Assembly (NCBI GenBank): GCA_964019335.1
Contig: OZ025648.1
Coordinates: forward strand, 372,001 to 436,000
DNA: 64,000 nt
Reading direction: 5' to 3'
From: Diplonema japonicum
Lineage: Eukaryota > Protista > Euglenozoa: Diplonemea
The notes beneath the pieces were generated by a model, which was not told where the DNA came from, ran no database searches, and saw only the letters and a list, made by a program, of their open reading frames with translations. Of this stretch, positions 9,438 through 19,857 are shown piece after piece. Positions within the stretch are counted from its first letter, which is position 1. Every line of letters begins with the position of its first letter. A program made the translations under genes and the position numbers.

Positions 9438-12098
9438 CTACAAAGGTTTTACAATGGGAGCACCAGAAGGGTCTTCAAGGGAAAGCCAGCCCGCAACAGG
9501 CGAGGTAACATACAGGCGACGGCCCGAACGAGAAGTAACGATGATCTTAGTGCCTTCTATGAGGGTAGTGACCTTGGGGGAGGCAAGATCCTGCTGCTCC
9601 CGTACAATGGCTCCCTGAAGCCCTACGACAAGATACGGCTCTCTGGGTGAAGTGTAGACAGCTCGCGTTGAACTGCTGGCGAGGGATGGGGGAGGCTCCT
9701 GTCCCCGGTTGCTCCGTGTTGCAGGGGACGTCCCTCGCACCCACGTTCCACTTGTCGTCATCCTCCCAGGTGATCCTGTCCTCTGTGAAGGCGGCACTGC
9801 TCTCGGCGACCCCCTTGGCGAGGCTGTTCTAAGAACCGAGACAGGTGTCTCATACTTTGCCACCAAGCTCCTCACTGACGGCTGAGTTGGGAACCCGCTT
9901 GACATCCTCCGAGGTGTCCTCCCCCCTGGCCCCCCAGGTCCCCCTAGCATCGCTTCCTGCGCATAACTTTTCTTCGGTGTCATGTCAGACACTTCGCTGC
10001 TCGTGTACTGCGATCTCGGAGCTGGATATACAGCTACACTCTGGGCAACACTCTGAGCAACACTCTGGGGTGGTGTGTCATGTCTCACCTTCGGGTACGG
10101 CTCAACAGTCTGCGTGGACTGTTCATCCTTTCGGAACGAAGGATGCCCCACAGTGGCGTTGTCATCAGGGTGGTGCTTCTCGACAGGAGGTGTCACGTCG
10201 GGGAGGGGAGGAGGCTTGCGGTAGTGGTCTCTGTTGCAATCCCCGCTGTGGTGGTATGCACTGCTGCTGCTATTGAAACTGCTCTTGCGGCTTGCCTCTT
10301 CAGGCTGCCGTGTGGAGTTTTTGCTGCGCTTGCTGTCTTGCTTTTTCTCCTCGTACCGTGCGGAGCTCTTGCTATACTTTTCAACTTCCACATCCCAGTC
10401 GGCGGGCGCCGGGGACTTGGAGCGCACCTCCCTTGGTGGTGAGGCTTCCTTGACCATCTCTCTTGGCGGCGAGGCTTCTTTGAACATCTCCCGTAGCGGG
10501 GGTTGTGACTTGACGTACATGTCAGACGGCGCTTGGGACTTGCTGCGGGGCGTGACGGGGGGCGGTGAGGGCGAGGGCTCCTTCACATGTCTTCTGGATT
10601 GGGCAATTTTGCTGCGTCCTGCGGGTGCTTGTTCTTTCGAGTAATTCCCCCTTGTGGGTTGGGGGGTTTTATCTCGGGGGCTGTTGCGGTGTTTCATCTC
10701 CTTCAGCAAGGGGCCAGCCCTGATGGGCGTGTTGCCAGACGCAGAAGACTGCATAGAGCTCCTGAGGTCGAGCACACCGCTGTCGAAGTTGGAAGTGCGT
10801 GTCTGCGTCGCAGTGTAGGTGTCAGTGTAGCTCTCACTGCTGTACCCACTACCATAACTGGTGGTCCGTGTCCTGCTTGTCTTCGAGGTGCGTGTGGCAC
10901 TCGTCATGCTATCGTACCGTCTGTCTCTATCTCTGTCTCTGTCCTTATCCTTGTCTCTATCCCTATACCTATCCCTGTCTCTTTCTCCGTACTCCTCCCT
11001 GTCCCTATCCCAATCTCTATCCTTATCTCTGTCTCGCTTTCTGTCCCTATCCCTGTCGTGTGTTTCGTACCTTTCCCAATCTTTATATTTATCTCTCTGT
11101 TGATGTTTACTTCTGTCGCCATCGTGGTACGTGCTTTCGGTGTAGCTGCTGGTGTCCGAATAACTGCTATATTTTCCGCTTCGATCGTTGCTTCTCGCCT
11201 TGTCGTCATCCTTACCCTTCTTGCCCCTGTCGCGGTCCCTGACACCGTGGTTGTAGTCGTAGCCCTCGGTGTTCCTGTTCTCCTTCCGATCATAGATGAA
11301 CTGGGTACCCTCACACTCTTTCTTTTGAATAGGAGACATAATGTTCTGCCGCTCGTAGAAGAGCTCACCGTCGAGGTTCTTTTGGTGGAGTCGGAGCTTG
11401 TCAAGAGTGGTGTTGCCGAGTATAGGGTCAAGGGTAGCATGTGGCCGACAACGAGAGCCCTTCAACATGTAAAGAACAGTACGAGTGTCGAACTTATCCT
11501 GATACTCTTCAGTAGCGTTGGCAAGAGGGAACGTCGCATTGACGACAGTACGGAAAGTAAAATGCGACTCAAGTGAGTCAGAGCAGATAGCTATGCGGAC
11601 GGCAACACGGCGGGACTCAGCGTGCGTGGGCGAGACACCTCCTATTTTAATATCATCGAAGGATACTCCATCTGCTGATATTGCATTTATAATGTCATCC
11701 TTCAAAGCTTCGGCAAAACGCTGTTGAAATGAAACGGAAGCATGTTTGTAGTCACCTGTCCGCACGCCATCAATGATGATGACAGCTTCATATATGTAAA
11801 ATTCTGAATCTTGCGGTTCGATAAATGTTGTTCTCAAGCTGGATCGGTTCCTCGGTTCGTCTCTGTAAGAGTCGTTCAAGATGCTTCTCGGGGGTGTTCT
11901 ATTGGGGGACGTGGGGGACATCAACGGGACGCTGCTCACCTCCAGGTCGACCTCTTCCCTCGCCTCCCTCCTCCCCTTCGGGAGGAGCGCGTTTTTCTCC
12001 CATGCTATGATCCCCTCTGGCTTGTCGCCTTTTCCCCAGTACCCGTCCCATCCCCAGTCGTTGTTGTCGCCGCTGAACACATTCGTATCGAAACCCAT
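9438..12098 (-). CDS. Unknown protein: SEA/FAZ1-like domain, RD-dipeptide and S/P-rich region, C-terminal SH3-like domain
   Basis: 886-aa ORF with an RD-repeat tract and C-terminal GAIVREQQDLASPKVTTL...GRRLYVTSPVAGWLSL. Domain names are pattern-based inference. Confidence 0.75.
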   Translation of the reverse strand: MGFDTNVFSGDNNDWGWDGYWGKGDKPEGIIAWEKNALLPKGRREAREEVDLEVSSVPLMSPTSPNRTPPRSILNDSYRDEPRNRSSLRTTFIEPQDSEFYIYEAVIIIDGVRTGDYKHASVSFQQRFAEALKDDIINAISADGVSFDDIKIGGVSPTHAESRRVAVRIAICSDSLESHFTFRTVVNATFPLANATEEYQDKFDTRTVLYMLKGSRCRPHATLDPILGNTTLDKLRLHQKNLDGELFYERQNIMSPIQKKECEGTQFIYDRKENRNTEGYDYNHGVRDRDRGKKGKDDDKARSNDRSGKYSSYSDTSSYTESTYHDGDRSKHQQRDKYKDWERYETHDRDRDRKRDRDKDRDWDRDREEYGERDRDRYRDRDKDKDRDRDRDRRYDSMTSATRTSKTSRTRTTSYGSGYSSESYTDTYTATQTRTSNFDSGVLDLRSSMQSSASGNTPIRAGPLLKEMKHRNSPRDKTPQPTRGNYSKEQAPAGRSKIAQSRRHVKEPSPSPPPVTPRSKSQAPSDMYVKSQPPLREMFKEASPPREMVKEASPPREVRSKSPAPADWDVEVEKYSKSSARYEEKKQDSKRSKNSTRQPEEASRKSSFNSSSSAYHHSGDCNRDHYRKPPPLPDVTPPVEKHHPDDNATVGHPSFRKDEQSTQTVEPYPKVRHDTPPQSVAQSVAQSVAVYPAPRSQYTSSEVSDMTPKKSYAQEAMLGGPGGPGGRTPRRMSSGFPTQPSVRSLVAKYETPVSVLRTASPRGSPRAVPPSQRTGSPGRMTTSGTWVRGTSPATRSNRGQEPPPSLASSSTRAVYTSPREPYLVVGLQGAIVREQQDLASPKVTTLIEGTKIIVTSRSGRRLYVTSPVAGWLSLEDPSGAPIVKPL

Positions 12099-12511
12099 AA
12101 GAGGGGGTTTTTTTTTTCTTTTATTCCTCTTTGAAAGAAGGTTTCTCTCACACGTCCATCAAGGAAAGGGGGGAGGTGTCGTTTTGTTCCTTTTTTTGTG
12201 GTTTTTTTTTTTTTTAAAATGAAGTTGAACAACAGCAAAAGAAGAATTTAAAACGTTCGCTACAGGTTTTTTGGAAAAAAAAAAGATAAGTCCCCCCCCC
12301 CCCCCCCCGTCATTTTTGTTAAGAAAAAAAGAAGAATCTCTACTCACAGAGGTGACTGCGAAAAAAAAAAAAAAAAAGAAGGAACATCTTTCCACGCAAG
12401 TTGTGCCTGACTGACCGTGTAAAGCCGGAAACATGTAAAGGAAAAAAGAAGAGAAAGAGAAAAAACGGGGGGGGGGGGTGGGGGGGAGCGCAAAGAGGGA
12501 AATCTGTCCAT

Positions 12512-14809
12512 TCATGCTTCATTAATATGCGGACTGTACTTCGCGTATAGCTCCGATGAGATTTCGTGCGTGTCGCCGACGGGAATAGTGCTGAACACCG
12601 CGGTGTCTCTCCACTGATGGTACCATGAGATGAGGTCCTCGTGGAAGGCGGTCTGGTTGAAGGCTGAGTGGTTTAGAATAGAGGCGATTTTGTGAGAGGT
12701 GAAAATAGTCCATTTTTTCGCGTGATAGGCAGACATCAGCCCCGCCCACTGCTTGGTAGCGTAATCGACAAGACCAGGGAGGTTGACGTCAGGCCCATTG
12801 GGATCGTCGGCGGCCGGGAAGGTGTACCCCCACAAGGTGACCTGTTCCACAGCGTTGAAATTCATCAGCGCTGTCATTTTTGCGTCGCCGTTCCCGCACT
12901 GCCTGGCCGCCTGCACCCACTCCCCCATCATGAAGGTCTCCACTGTGTTCAATATCTTCTCAGCATCGTTCAAGACGTCGACCATTTCATCGCACCCTTC
13001 TTGTATCCCCTGCGCGTCCCCCGCCACAATGCTCACATTCATCTTCTTCCACACCGCACTGCTGTACTTCCCCAACGCCTGCCTAGTCACATCCACAAGA
13101 TCGTGTCTGTACGTAAGACCGTTTTGTGTGCCTTCTAACATGAGCCCCCATGCATTCACAAACTCGCTTTGGTTGTACCAAATAGTTGGCTGTAATCTGT
13201 CCCATGGGGAGCTGTAAGGGATTGCTGTGTATGCGTCCTTTGAGACGAAGATGTTGTATCCGGGAAAGTTGTACACTGTGTTCATCAGAATGGTCCAAGC
13301 CTTGTTCAGCGATGGGGACTGTTCTGCGTATCTCCGTTGAGCGTAGCGAGCGGCCCACGTCGGGAGGTCCGGCGACGTTGTGCGGTAAGCCATTTCGTTC
13401 ATGAGCTCGTAGATCATTGCATTCTGGTTGATGCCCTCCATCGTCAGCCCCGTCCCAACCATCGTGCTGTTTACAGCCGCTGTGACCGGGTTCCTCGAGA
13501 CGCTCAGTGCGTCGCCCCACATTCCGTTGTTCCCACCAAAATCGTGCAACATGCACCAAATGAACGTCGACCCGTAGTACGACTGCGTTGCCTTCCACAT
13601 CGGGGTCTCTTCCGCCATGAGGTCCAGTAGAATGAGGTTCCCCTTCGGTACCGCAGACACCCACCCGTACATGTACGACTGCTTTGTCCCGAACAGCCAT
13701 GACCACGTCTGGTACACCCATTTGGCGTCGGGGTCGGTGCGGATCATCCCGTTGTAAGCTGCTCTTGAATGGTTGAACGCCTCCATGTCCATTGTAGGCA
13801 AAGCACCGTTCTCGAGGGGTTCGGGCAGTTTCGTTTCGCTCAGCTTGTCGTTGGCGTACCACGGTGCCATGGCGGTCGTGAAGTCACCGTCTGCAGCGTA
13901 GTAGTGGTCGGTGCCGAAGTCAGCAATGACAGTCTTCATGACGAGATCGGCAGTCTTGTTGAACAATGGGTCCATCGCGTCCATCCATGCCATGCAGCCG
14001 TACTTCTTTGAGAGGGGTGTGGGACACGTCCCAACCCTAGACACGTTCGCAGCGGGGAACAGCGTCACGAAAGCATTCGGAACGTTGCCTTGGAAGGCGG
14101 GGAGCACGGGTTTCATGCCGAACTCACGCATAAGCGGCAAGATTTGACGCTGGAGCTCCCATTGCGAGTCGATCCATTCCTGTGGAAGGGGCCCGCCCCA
14201 CGCAAGAAGGTTCTGCCCACGCCCCCAAGCGAGGAACGCAGGTCCAGGGAAAAACCCAGCAAGCTCTTCATCCGTCACACCCATCTGGTTGTACACCTTT
14301 TGGTAAACCTTCTCTTGACCCGTGTACGCGAGAGGGAGGTTCACCCCGTTCAAAGCCATCCAATCAATCTCTCTTACCCAATCGGAAAAGGTGTACCACA
14401 CAAAAGAGTAACTGAAGGTGCAGACGTTGGCATAATAATGAAGATCGTGGGCTCGGTTGACATGGACAAGGGGTGTGTCGGGCAGGGGCGCGGAGAGGGA
14501 CAACTGGTTTCCGCCGGTCCCCTTCCACGAAATGCTGCTGTTGGTGACGTACTTTAAGTAGTGGTTCAAGGCCATGGAAAGCTCGACCCCTGAGGTTCCT
14601 GTAAGGGCTACTTTGCCTCCTTGAGCGGAGTACCCGAAGCACAACGACTTGCCTTCTCCACAAGCGGTTTTGTCTACCAACTGCAGAGTGAAGTCTGCCC
14701 CCATTCCGGGAAGCAGCCTGTCGATCAAACCTTCTACTGCGGCGGTCTGATCAGCCCCGGTCGCAGCTGCCATCAAAAGCACTGCAATTGCTGTGCGTGT
14801 GATGGGCAT
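12512..14809 (-). CDS. NAGLU: Alpha-N-acetylglucosaminidase (GH89), secreted/lysosomal
   Basis: YYANVCTFSYSFVWY, EIDWMALNGVNLPLA, GPAFLAWGR, FIWCMLHDFGG, GLTMEGINQN and DYATKQWAGL; signal peptide. Confidence 0.95.
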   Translation of the reverse strand: MPITRTAIAVLLMAAATGADQTAAVEGLIDRLLPGMGADFTLQLVDKTACGEGKSLCFGYSAQGGKVALTGTSGVELSMALNHYLKYVTNSSISWKGTGGNQLSLSAPLPDTPLVHVNRAHDLHYYANVCTFSYSFVWYTFSDWVREIDWMALNGVNLPLAYTGQEKVYQKVYNQMGVTDEELAGFFPGPAFLAWGRGQNLLAWGGPLPQEWIDSQWELQRQILPLMREFGMKPVLPAFQGNVPNAFVTLFPAANVSRVGTCPTPLSKKYGCMAWMDAMDPLFNKTADLVMKTVIADFGTDHYYAADGDFTTAMAPWYANDKLSETKLPEPLENGALPTMDMEAFNHSRAAYNGMIRTDPDAKWVYQTWSWLFGTKQSYMYGWVSAVPKGNLILLDLMAEETPMWKATQSYYGSTFIWCMLHDFGGNNGMWGDALSVSRNPVTAAVNSTMVGTGLTMEGINQNAMIYELMNEMAYRTTSPDLPTWAARYAQRRYAEQSPSLNKAWTILMNTVYNFPGYNIFVSKDAYTAIPYSSPWDRLQPTIWYNQSEFVNAWGLMLEGTQNGLTYRHDLVDVTRQALGKYSSAVWKKMNVSIVAGDAQGIQEGCDEMVDVLNDAEKILNTVETFMMGEWVQAARQCGNGDAKMTALMNFNAVEQVTLWGYTFPAADDPNGPDVNLPGLVDYATKQWAGLMSAYHAKKWTIFTSHKIASILNHSAFNQTAFHEDLISWYHQWRDTAVFSTIPVGDTHEISSELYAKYSPHINEA

Positions 14810-15016
14810 GTTTTATTTTCCCCCTCTTTCTTTTGTTCAGAGATGGTGGTGAAAGGAGGGTGAGGAAAAAAGAATAATTAATGCAGAAACTGAAATAATT
14901 AAAATGGGGGGGGGGAAGGGAAACGAAAAGGAATCCATTTTAGTTCCCCACCCCCCTACCCCACCCCCCATACCTATGCCCCGAACCTTAACGTAATAGT
15001 ATAGAAAGAAAAAGAG

Positions 15017-15056
<40 letters not shown>

Positions 15057-15123
15057 AGAATCGCAGAAATTCTCCCATTCTTCTTTTTGTTTTGCCTCTT
15101 GGTTTTAAAAAAAACAAAAAAGA

Positions 15124-15630
15124 CTAAAGGTGTTCTACCTCAGGAGGTGTCCTTATGTCATCAGGGGGTGTTTTCGGGGTTTCCGGTGTCCGTACCTCAT
15201 CGGGGCCAAGCTCGGGTTGCTCTTCTTTCCCCTTCTCCTGCTCTTCCTCCTCCTCTTCCTCCTCCTCGCTCTGTTGGGTGGGTTGTGGTTGTGGTTGTAG
15301 TTGCTGTTGTGATGCGACATCCGAGCCTCCTTGGTCCTCCTTTTCTGTTTGCTCCTCCTCGTCGTCCTGAGCATCCTCCTGAATGCTTTGCTTGGCCCCG
15401 GGACCATGCCACCTTCGCTCTTCTGATTGCTGTGCAACTAACTCATTCCCACGTACTCTACCAGACGGTCGGATAATGAGGCGTTCTTCAACCGGAGGAA
15501 GCGCAGAGGTTTGAGGCCCCTCAACTGCACCCATTGCAAACTTCGACACCATACTAGGCGGGGAGTGGTGTATTGTGTTTGGCAGCGAAGGGCGTGGTAC
15601 GCTTCCACCGTCCGTTGTGAAAGTAGGCTG

Positions 15631-15663
<33 letters not shown>

Positions 15664-17547
15664 TTGGCTTACCTGAGCGGGAATTTTCGGACACTCTTCT
15701 TCCCTCACATCCGGTTTGATCAGCCCCGTTTCCATGAAGTACGCTGTATGCCCAGACACAAAAAGCACCAAGAACATCCCTCCAACAATGAAGCTCAAAA
15801 CCTTAGTATACTGCTCTGTATCTTCCGTGTTTACTGTAAGTGCCTCATCTGAAGCATCGGTGACGCCGCCCTCTGTAACGTTGAAGTTAAGTGATCCAGA
15901 GACTCTGTCGGGCTGTAACGGGGTTAGAACAAGTCGAAGGTAGGAAGAGGAAAGGTTTACAGGCGTGAGGTACAGCTTTTCAAGAGTTAGATAAATGAGA
16001 GGGGTCACGGGGACACAAACTATCGATGTCTCACCATCGCAACAAAAAACTTCCAAGGAGATGGGGAATGTAGACCAAACGGAGAGAATCGGAGCGTCGT
16101 ACTTGTGCACAGGGTACATCATCCATGAAGGGTACGAACAGTTGGACAATTCCCACCAGTTTTCATTGCGAAGCTGCCCGCAATTGGTAGTGTTATCGAT
16201 GTGGGATGGCACACTGCACCTTGCTTGGTTTGCAACCGTATCAGTGCAGATGCCTTCTTTGCTGACGATTCCTCCTGTTTCTCCGCATTCTGTTTCGTCC
16301 AAGGGCCTTAAAGACCCTTGACAAATCTCGTCACCGCTTGTAACCCATTCCAACGGCAGCTTCTCCAAAACTATTCTGTCCCAACATTGATAAAACTCAG
16401 ACGGAACGAATGAATCCGTTGTGTTAACCAAACCTGATATCAGTGTGTTAACGGTACATTCTGAAGTGTCTGGATCCCACCCTATAGAAACACAGGTTTG
16501 TTTATTCAAACAGATCTCCTTACACCTCACGAGATCCACCCCGGTTGACATTGTTGTCCTAAGCATCGAGCCAGACACAACTGTCCCCTCTGAACATGGT
16601 TTAAACACAACCCCGGTTTCCGTGTATGCGAAGTGCTCAGGAGGGGAAATCATGTATTGATGCTCGACAATGTCGTGAACGCTTGGGTCTGTCTCTGTTG
16701 CGATGGGTGTGCTGCGGTCGACGTTGGGTATTTCTATTGTGGAGGCACGAAGCACACCGTCGATATAAATGTGTATTGTGGTGGACGTGGTGTTCAGAAG
16801 GATCAGAAATGAAGTTTCTTTTGAGAAGTCAAGCCCTGTGAGATGTATTTTGTTCTTGGTCCTCCAATGGACGGACACACTCCCCGTCGCCGATCTGTTG
16901 TAAAAAGGATCGTGAAGATAAACCTCATAAACAGAGTTGTACACAATTCGAACCTCGCTGGGAGGGGAGGCAACGGTGCAGTTGGCAACGGGGTTTTGAA
17001 GGGTAGTGATGGGATATGTTTGTGCAAGGTAACGGGTTACATTTCCAGGAAGTTCCAACCCTGCTTGGGACCATGAGAATGTAACCGATTGGGGTATATA
17101 ACTGTCGTTCGGTATACGCGAGAGAGCTGTAACCGGTTTTCTGCAAACGGGCCGCAGTTCGATTTGACAGTTTTCCGTCGTTATCTTGGGTGACACCTCC
17201 GTGACGCTCATTGCCATTTTTACACATTTTTCACCTTTGTCGCGTGTCTCCTGTTCTATGAGATTTCTTGGATCGCCTAACGTCCCGTCAGTCCATACCC
17301 ATGTGCCTTCGGAGTCAACTTTTCCAGCTACCCAGACGTCCCCCTTGCCTATGAGGAGCTGTTCCCCTATTAAGTCTAATTCCTTTCGGGAGCCTACTCC
17401 CGTGAAAATCTGTCCCTCCCCGTTGCATGTTTGGCTGCCCCATTGTGTTGCCTCGGAGCCCAGGCCGAAACACCACGCACCGCCATTGAGAGAGACCCAC
17501 CCGTCCTGACACTTGCAAAGAACAGCGCTTAAAAGCAACCATAGCAT
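15124..17547 (-). CDS. Type I membrane protein with C-type-lectin-like and PAN/apple-like domains; one putative intron at 15628-15672
   Basis: Signal peptide, WVAG...WVWTDGT (CTLD), CKEICLNKQTCVSIGW (PAN), TM VLSFIVGGMFLVLFV. Intron GTAAGCCAAC-A31-GCAG. Confidence 0.8.
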
Positions 17548-18384
17548 CCCTCCCCCCTCCCTTTTTAATTAAAAATTTTTTTTGTGTTTTGGGGGAACAA
17601 AAAAAATCGAGGGAAAAAAAAAAAAATCGGGACCGGAAAGAAGAAGGAAAGAGGGGAAGAAGAAGAGGGAAACAGTGAAGACTTTGTTTTGTGTTTTTTT
17701 TTTTTTTTTCCTCTTTTTTTTTCCCCTCCTTTAAGAGGAGCAAAGGAGCAGAGGAGGGGGGGGGGGGGGGGGAGGTGATAAAGCAGATAATCTTTTTTTT
17801 TCTCTCGTTTTTTTTTTTTCGTTCTCTTGGTTTTTTTTTTTTTTTTTTTCTTTCTTTTCTCTTTTTTTTTTTCGCTTTCAAGCGTTCCGCTGGAAGGGAG
17901 GTTGGCGAACGCATGATACCCTGACTTTTTTTTTCTCCCCCCCCTTTCCTGAAAAAAAAAAAAATACAAGACAATAATATTCCCCACTTTTTTTTTTCCC
18001 ACCGCTAAAGAATCAAGTAAAAAAAAATCGTACAACGGAGAATGAAAAAAAAAAAAAAAAAAAAAAGAAGGAAGAAGAGGGGAAAGAAAAACAGAAAGGA
18101 GGAAATTGGGACAGTCCTTTTTCTTTTTTTTAAAATTTAGGGGAACAACCACAACACACAAGCTGTTTCTTTTAAAAAAAAAAACTTTTTTTTTCATAAA
18201 CCTTTCCCCCCTCTTCCCCTTTTTTTTTCTCCATTTTTTTCCCACTGCGCAAACAAAAAAAAGGGGGGGGGGGAAAGGGAACCACCTATAACATAAGAAT
18301 TTGCAAAAAACACGGTTACGGGAACACCACCACCCGAAGTACGCAAGAAAGAAGAAAAAGAAAAAAATAAAATGGAGAAAGGCC

Positions 18385-18629
18385 TTACACAGGGGGGGCA
18401 ACTGGCAGCGACACCTTGGTGGTATTGGGTGTTTTCCTCCAGAGAGTGATTTCCTGCTGCTTGTAATACCGCCTATTGATTTTTTTTTCTTCTTTTTTTT
18501 TTCTTCCCTGTACACACCTATCGTTTTCATCCATCAGAACTAAGTTCAAATAGTATTTTACTGAAAATTTATCCTCCACCTGCTTGTAAGTGGGTGTTAG
18601 CTTAAAAGGGCTGAGAAAAAATCGGACCT

Positions 18630-18669
<40 letters not shown>

Positions 18670-19574
18670 ATGATAGCAAGCTTAATCCTCCCTCATACAG
18701 GAATAGTCTCCCCCGCTACTGGGTGCCCATCCATAACTTCGTACTTGGCCATAGTATCATGTTCGTGATACGAGCCTGGGTTTTTTTTTTTTTTTTTTTT
18801 TTTTTTTTCTTTCTTTTTTTTTTTTTTCCTACCTGAAGTTTCTCTCTTAAGGAGGGAGAGCTCCATATATTTGATGCGAATCTTCACCAGAAGAAAGAAG
18901 ATTTTACCAAGAACCACATCTTGGAGGTGGTAACTGTGTTTTGTTTGTATATTGCGTCACCTCCCCCCCTCCTACACATACTTCCTTCTGTTGTATTCAA
19001 ACTCTATGTGCAAGGCATCCTTCAAACCGACTTCCATTTTGATACCAGAGGCTGTAGAAGCAGTGGCTTGGGGGTTTTGAACCCAAATCTCTTGTTCTTC
19101 GACGATGTCGGGAGTGTAAGGGCGCTTGATGGTCACGCGGAGAAAGTACCGTACTTGGGAAGTTATACCGTTGTATGATTCATGGGGTTTTGCCACCGGG
19201 TTTGGAAATTTGTATTCTAATACCTTGACATCCTCTATGTTTAGGTTTTGGCCTGTAGGGGCCTTTTCGAGATCGAGGGCGCCGTAGGAGAACTGTTTGC
19301 ACTGCCTGTTTTCAGGGGTAATCGTGTTCAGCTGCCCTACAAACTCCATGCGCAGCTCGGTGTAGTCCACCACCTCCCCGGGGTCGGTTGTAATCACAAT
19401 CTCCCCGGAAATTTCTTCCTTGTGGGAAAAAACGTAAAGCGTCGAAACGTCTTTCGAACCGCCACCGTGGTGCCAAGGGGGCACCAGTACTCTTCTCCTT
19501 GTCCCTGCGTCTTCAAATGTCACATTTATGTCCACTCCTGTCCCGAAACCTAAGATCTGCCCTCTCGCAAACAT
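18385..19574 (-). CDS. VPS26: Retromer subunit VPS26; 4 introns (18934-18981, 18776-18832, 18628-18698, 18473-18517)
   Basis: Spliced product reads IKMEVGLKDALHIEFEYNRRNYHLQDVVLGKIFFLLVKIRIKYMELSLLKRE...AKYEVMDGHPVAGETIPVRFFL...DRRYYKQQEITLWRK, matching VPS26 conserved blocks. All junctions are GT..AG. Confidence 0.93.
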
Positions 19575-19857
19575 TTTTTTTTTTTAACCAACCCCCGCCT
19601 CCCTCCTCGCCTAACAAAAAAAACTTTTTTTTTAATTCTCTCGTAAAATCGAGAAAAAAAAAGGGGGGGGGGGGAAATAGACACTGTAAAAAAAGGGAAA
19701 TGATTTTTCTTCTTCTTTTTTCCATTGGATGCTATTAAAAAAAAAAAAAAAATGCGGGCTTTAAAAAACCATCTAAACAGGGAAAAGAGGGGGGGATCGT
19801 CTCCTTCTTTTTTTTCGCCCTCTTTTTTTTTTTTTTTTTTTTTCCGAATCGTCCTGA

